DNA of 64,000 nt, from assembly GCA_964016885.1 (NCBI GenBank), contig OZ024750.1, positions 36,890,001 through 36,954,000 of the forward strand, read 5' to 3'. The notes under the pieces are model-generated. The model saw only the letters and a program-made list of their open reading frames with translations. It was not told where the DNA came from and did no database searches. The translations under genes and the position numbers were made by a program. Shown here one piece after another: positions 60,895 through 64,000 of the stretch; position 1 is the stretch's first letter; every line of letters starts with the position of its first letter. Source of the DNA: Eledone cirrhosa. Its lineage: Eukaryota.

Positions 60895-63800
60895 CAGTGT
60901 CTTGGGTGAGAGGAGAAGTCACTATCACAGTGTCTTGGGTGAGAGGAGAAGTCATTATCACAGTGTCTTGGGTGAGAGGAGAAGTCATTATCACAGTGTC
61001 TTGGGTGAGAGGAGAAGTCACTATCACAGTGTCTTGGGTGAGAGGAGAAGTCACTATCACAGTGTCTTGGGTGAGAGGAGAAGTCATTATCACAGTGTCT
61101 TGGGTGAGAGGAGAAGTCATTATCACAGTGTCTTGGGTGAGAGGAGAAGTCACTATCACAGTGTCTTGGGTGAGAGGAGAAGTCACTATCACAGTGACTT
61201 GGGTGAGAGGAGAAGTCATTATGCCAGTGTCTTGGGTGAGAGGAGAAGCCACTATCACAGTGTCTTGGGTGAGAGGAGAAGTCACTATCACAGTGACTTG
61301 GGTGAGAGGAGAAGTCATTATGCCAGTGTCTTGGGTGAGAGCAGAAGTCACTATCACAGTGTCTTGGGTGAGAGGAGAAGTCACTATCACAGTGTCTTGG
61401 GTGAGAGGAGAAGTCATTATCACAGTGTCTTGGGTGAGAGGAGAAGTCACTATCACAGTGTCTTGGGTGAGAGGAGAAGTCACTATCACAGTGACTTGGG
61501 TGAGAGGAGAAGTCATTATGCCAGTGTCTTGGGTGAGAGGAGAAGTCACTATCACAGTGTCTTGGGTGAGAGAAGTCGCTCTCACAGTGTCTTGGGAGAG
61601 AGAAGAAGTCATTATCACAGTGTCTTGGGTGAGAGAAGTCACTATCACAGTGACTTGGGTGAGAGGAGAAGTCATTATACCAGTGTCTTGGGTGAGAGGA
61701 GAAGTCACTATCATAGAGTCTTTGGTGAGAGAAGTCGCTCTCACAGTGTCTTGGGTGAGAGAAGAAGTCATTATCACAGTGTCTTGGGTGAGAGAAGTCA
61801 CTATCACAGTGTCTTGGGTGAGAGAAGTCACTATCACAGTGACTTGGGTGAGAGGAGAAGTCATTATCACAGTGACTTGGGTGAGAGGAGAAGTCACTAT
61901 CACAGTGTCTTGGGTGAGAGGAGAAGTCACTATCACAGTGTCTTGGGTGAGAGGAGAAGTCATTATCACAGTGTCTTGGGTGAGAGGAGAAGTCACTATC
62001 ACAGTGTCTTGGGTGAGAGGAGAAGTCACTATCACAGTGACTTGGGTGAGAGGAGAAGTCATTATGCCAGTGTCTTGGGTGAGAGGAGAAGTCACTATCA
62101 CAGTGTCTTGGGTGAGAGAAGTCGCTCTCACAGTGTCTTGGGTGAGAGGAGAAGTCATTATACCAGTGTCTTGGGTGAGAGGAGAAGTCATTATCACAGT
62201 GTCTTTGGTGAGAGAAGTCGCTCTCACAGTGTCTTGGGTGAGAGAAGTCACTATCACAGTGACTTGGGTGAGAGGAGAAGTCATTATCACAGTGACTTGG
62301 GTGAGAGGAGAAGTCACTATCACAGTGTCTTGGGTGAGAGAAGTCACTATCACAGTGACTTGGGTGAGAGGAGAAGTCACTATCACAGTGTCTTGGGTGA
62401 GAGGAGAAGTCACTATCACAGTGTCTTGGGTGAGAGAAGTCACTATCACAGTGACTTGGGTGAGAGGAGAAGTCATTATCACAGTGTCTTGGGTGAGAGA
62501 AGTCACTATCACAGTGTCTTGGGTGAGAGGAGAAGTCACTATCACAGTGTCTTGGGTGAGAGAAGTCATTATCACAGTGTCTTGGGTGAGAGAAGAAGTC
62601 ATTATCACAGTGTCTTGGGTGAGAGAAGTCACTATCACAGTGTCTTGGGTGAGAGGAGAAGTCATTATCACAGTGTCTTGGGTGAGAGGAGAAGTCATTA
62701 TCACAGTGTCTTGGGTGAGAGGAGAAGTCACTATCACAGTGTCTTGGGTGAGAGGAGAAGTCACTATCACAGTGACTTGGGTGAGAGGAGAAGTCATTAT
62801 GCCAGTGTCTTGGGTGAGAGGAGAAGTCATTATCACAGTGTCTTGGGTGAGAGAAGAAGTCATTATCACAGTGTCTTGGGTGACAGAAGTCACTATCACA
62901 GTGACTTGGGTGAGAGGAGAAGTCATTATGCCAGTGTCTTGGGTGAGAGGAGAAGTCACTATCACAGTGTCTTGGGTGAGAGAAGAAGTCATTATCACAG
63001 TGTCTTGGGTGAGAGAAGTCATTATCACAGTGTCTTGGGTGAGAGGAGAAGTCACTATCACAGTGTCTTGGGTGAGAGGAGAAGTCACTATCACAGTGAC
63101 TTGGGTGAGAGGAGAAGTCATTATGCCAGTGTCTTGGGTGAGAGGAGAAGTCATTATGCCAGTGTCTTGGGTGAGAGGAAAAGTCACTATCACAGTGTCT
63201 TGGGTGAGAGAAGTCACTATCACAGTGTCTTGGGTGAGAGGAGAAGTCACTATCACAGTGTCTTGGGTGAGAGGAGAAGTCACTATCACAGTGTCTTGGG
63301 TGAGAGAAGTCACTATCACAGTGTCTTGGGTGAGAGAAGTCACTATCACAGTGACTTGGGTGAGAGGAGAAGTCATTATCACAGTGACTTGGGTGAGAGG
63401 AGAAGTCACTATCACAGTGTCTTGGGTGAGAGGAGAAGTCACTATCACAGTGTCTTGGGTGAGAGGAGAAGTCATTATCACAGTGTCTTGGGTGAGAGGA
63501 GAAGTCACTATCACAGTGTCTTGGGTGAGAGGAGAAGTCACTATCACAGTGTCTTGGGTGAGAGAAGTCATTATCACAGTGTCTTGGGTGAGAGAAGAAG
63601 TCATTATCACAGTGTCTTGGGTGAGAGAAGTCACTATCACAGTGTCTTGGGTGAGAGGAGAAGTCATTATCACAGTGTCTTGGGTGAGAGGAGAAGTCAT
63701 TATCACAGTGTCTTGGGTGAGAGGAGAAGTCACTATCACAGTGTCTTGGGTGAGAGGAGAAGTCACTATCACAGTGACTTGGGTGAGAGGAGAAGTCATT

Positions 63801-64000
63801 ATGCCAGTGTCTTGGGTGAGAGGAGAAGTCACTATCACAGTGTCTTGGGTGAGAGAAGTCGCTCTCACAGTGTCTTGGGTGAGAGGAGAAGTCATTATAC
63901 CAGTGTCTTGGGTGAGAGGAGAAGTCATTATCACAGTGTCTTTGGTGAGAGAAGTCGCTCTCACAGTGTCTTGGGTGAGAGAAGTCACTATCACAGTGAC
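60895..64000. repeat. 33-bp (30-bp variant) minisatellite running off the window
   Basis: CACAGTGTCTTGGGTGAGAGGAGAAGTCACTAT, about 95 units. Confidence 0.97.

Overview
AT-rich, repeat-dominated eukaryotic DNA; the SINE/LINE content suggests a mollusc, probably a coleoid cephalopod such as Octopus (inference). No host protein-coding gene can be firmly supported. The main element is a near full-length Penelope-like retroelement (RT plus C-terminal GIY-YIG, 36239-40450). Its N-terminal coding segment is inverted with a twin-priming-type signature, and it has three further pLTR-bearing copies. The window holds hammerhead-ribozyme (HHR) motifs from about six unrelated short families, nearly all next to (TA)n tracts and often in inverted arrangements; one inversion junction lies at the predicted cleavage site. 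A three-copy palindromic element carries only the 3' half of an HHR. Also present: decayed CR1, RTE and Tx1 LINEs, a Chapaev-like transposase pseudogene, a deleted hAT (Tip100-like) with an 8-bp TSD, TTAA piggyBac-like MITEs, two abundant tRNA-derived SINE families, and many mini/microsatellites, including a 3.1-kb stop-free 33-bp array at the right edge. All alignments and folds were done by eye, so boundaries are approximate.
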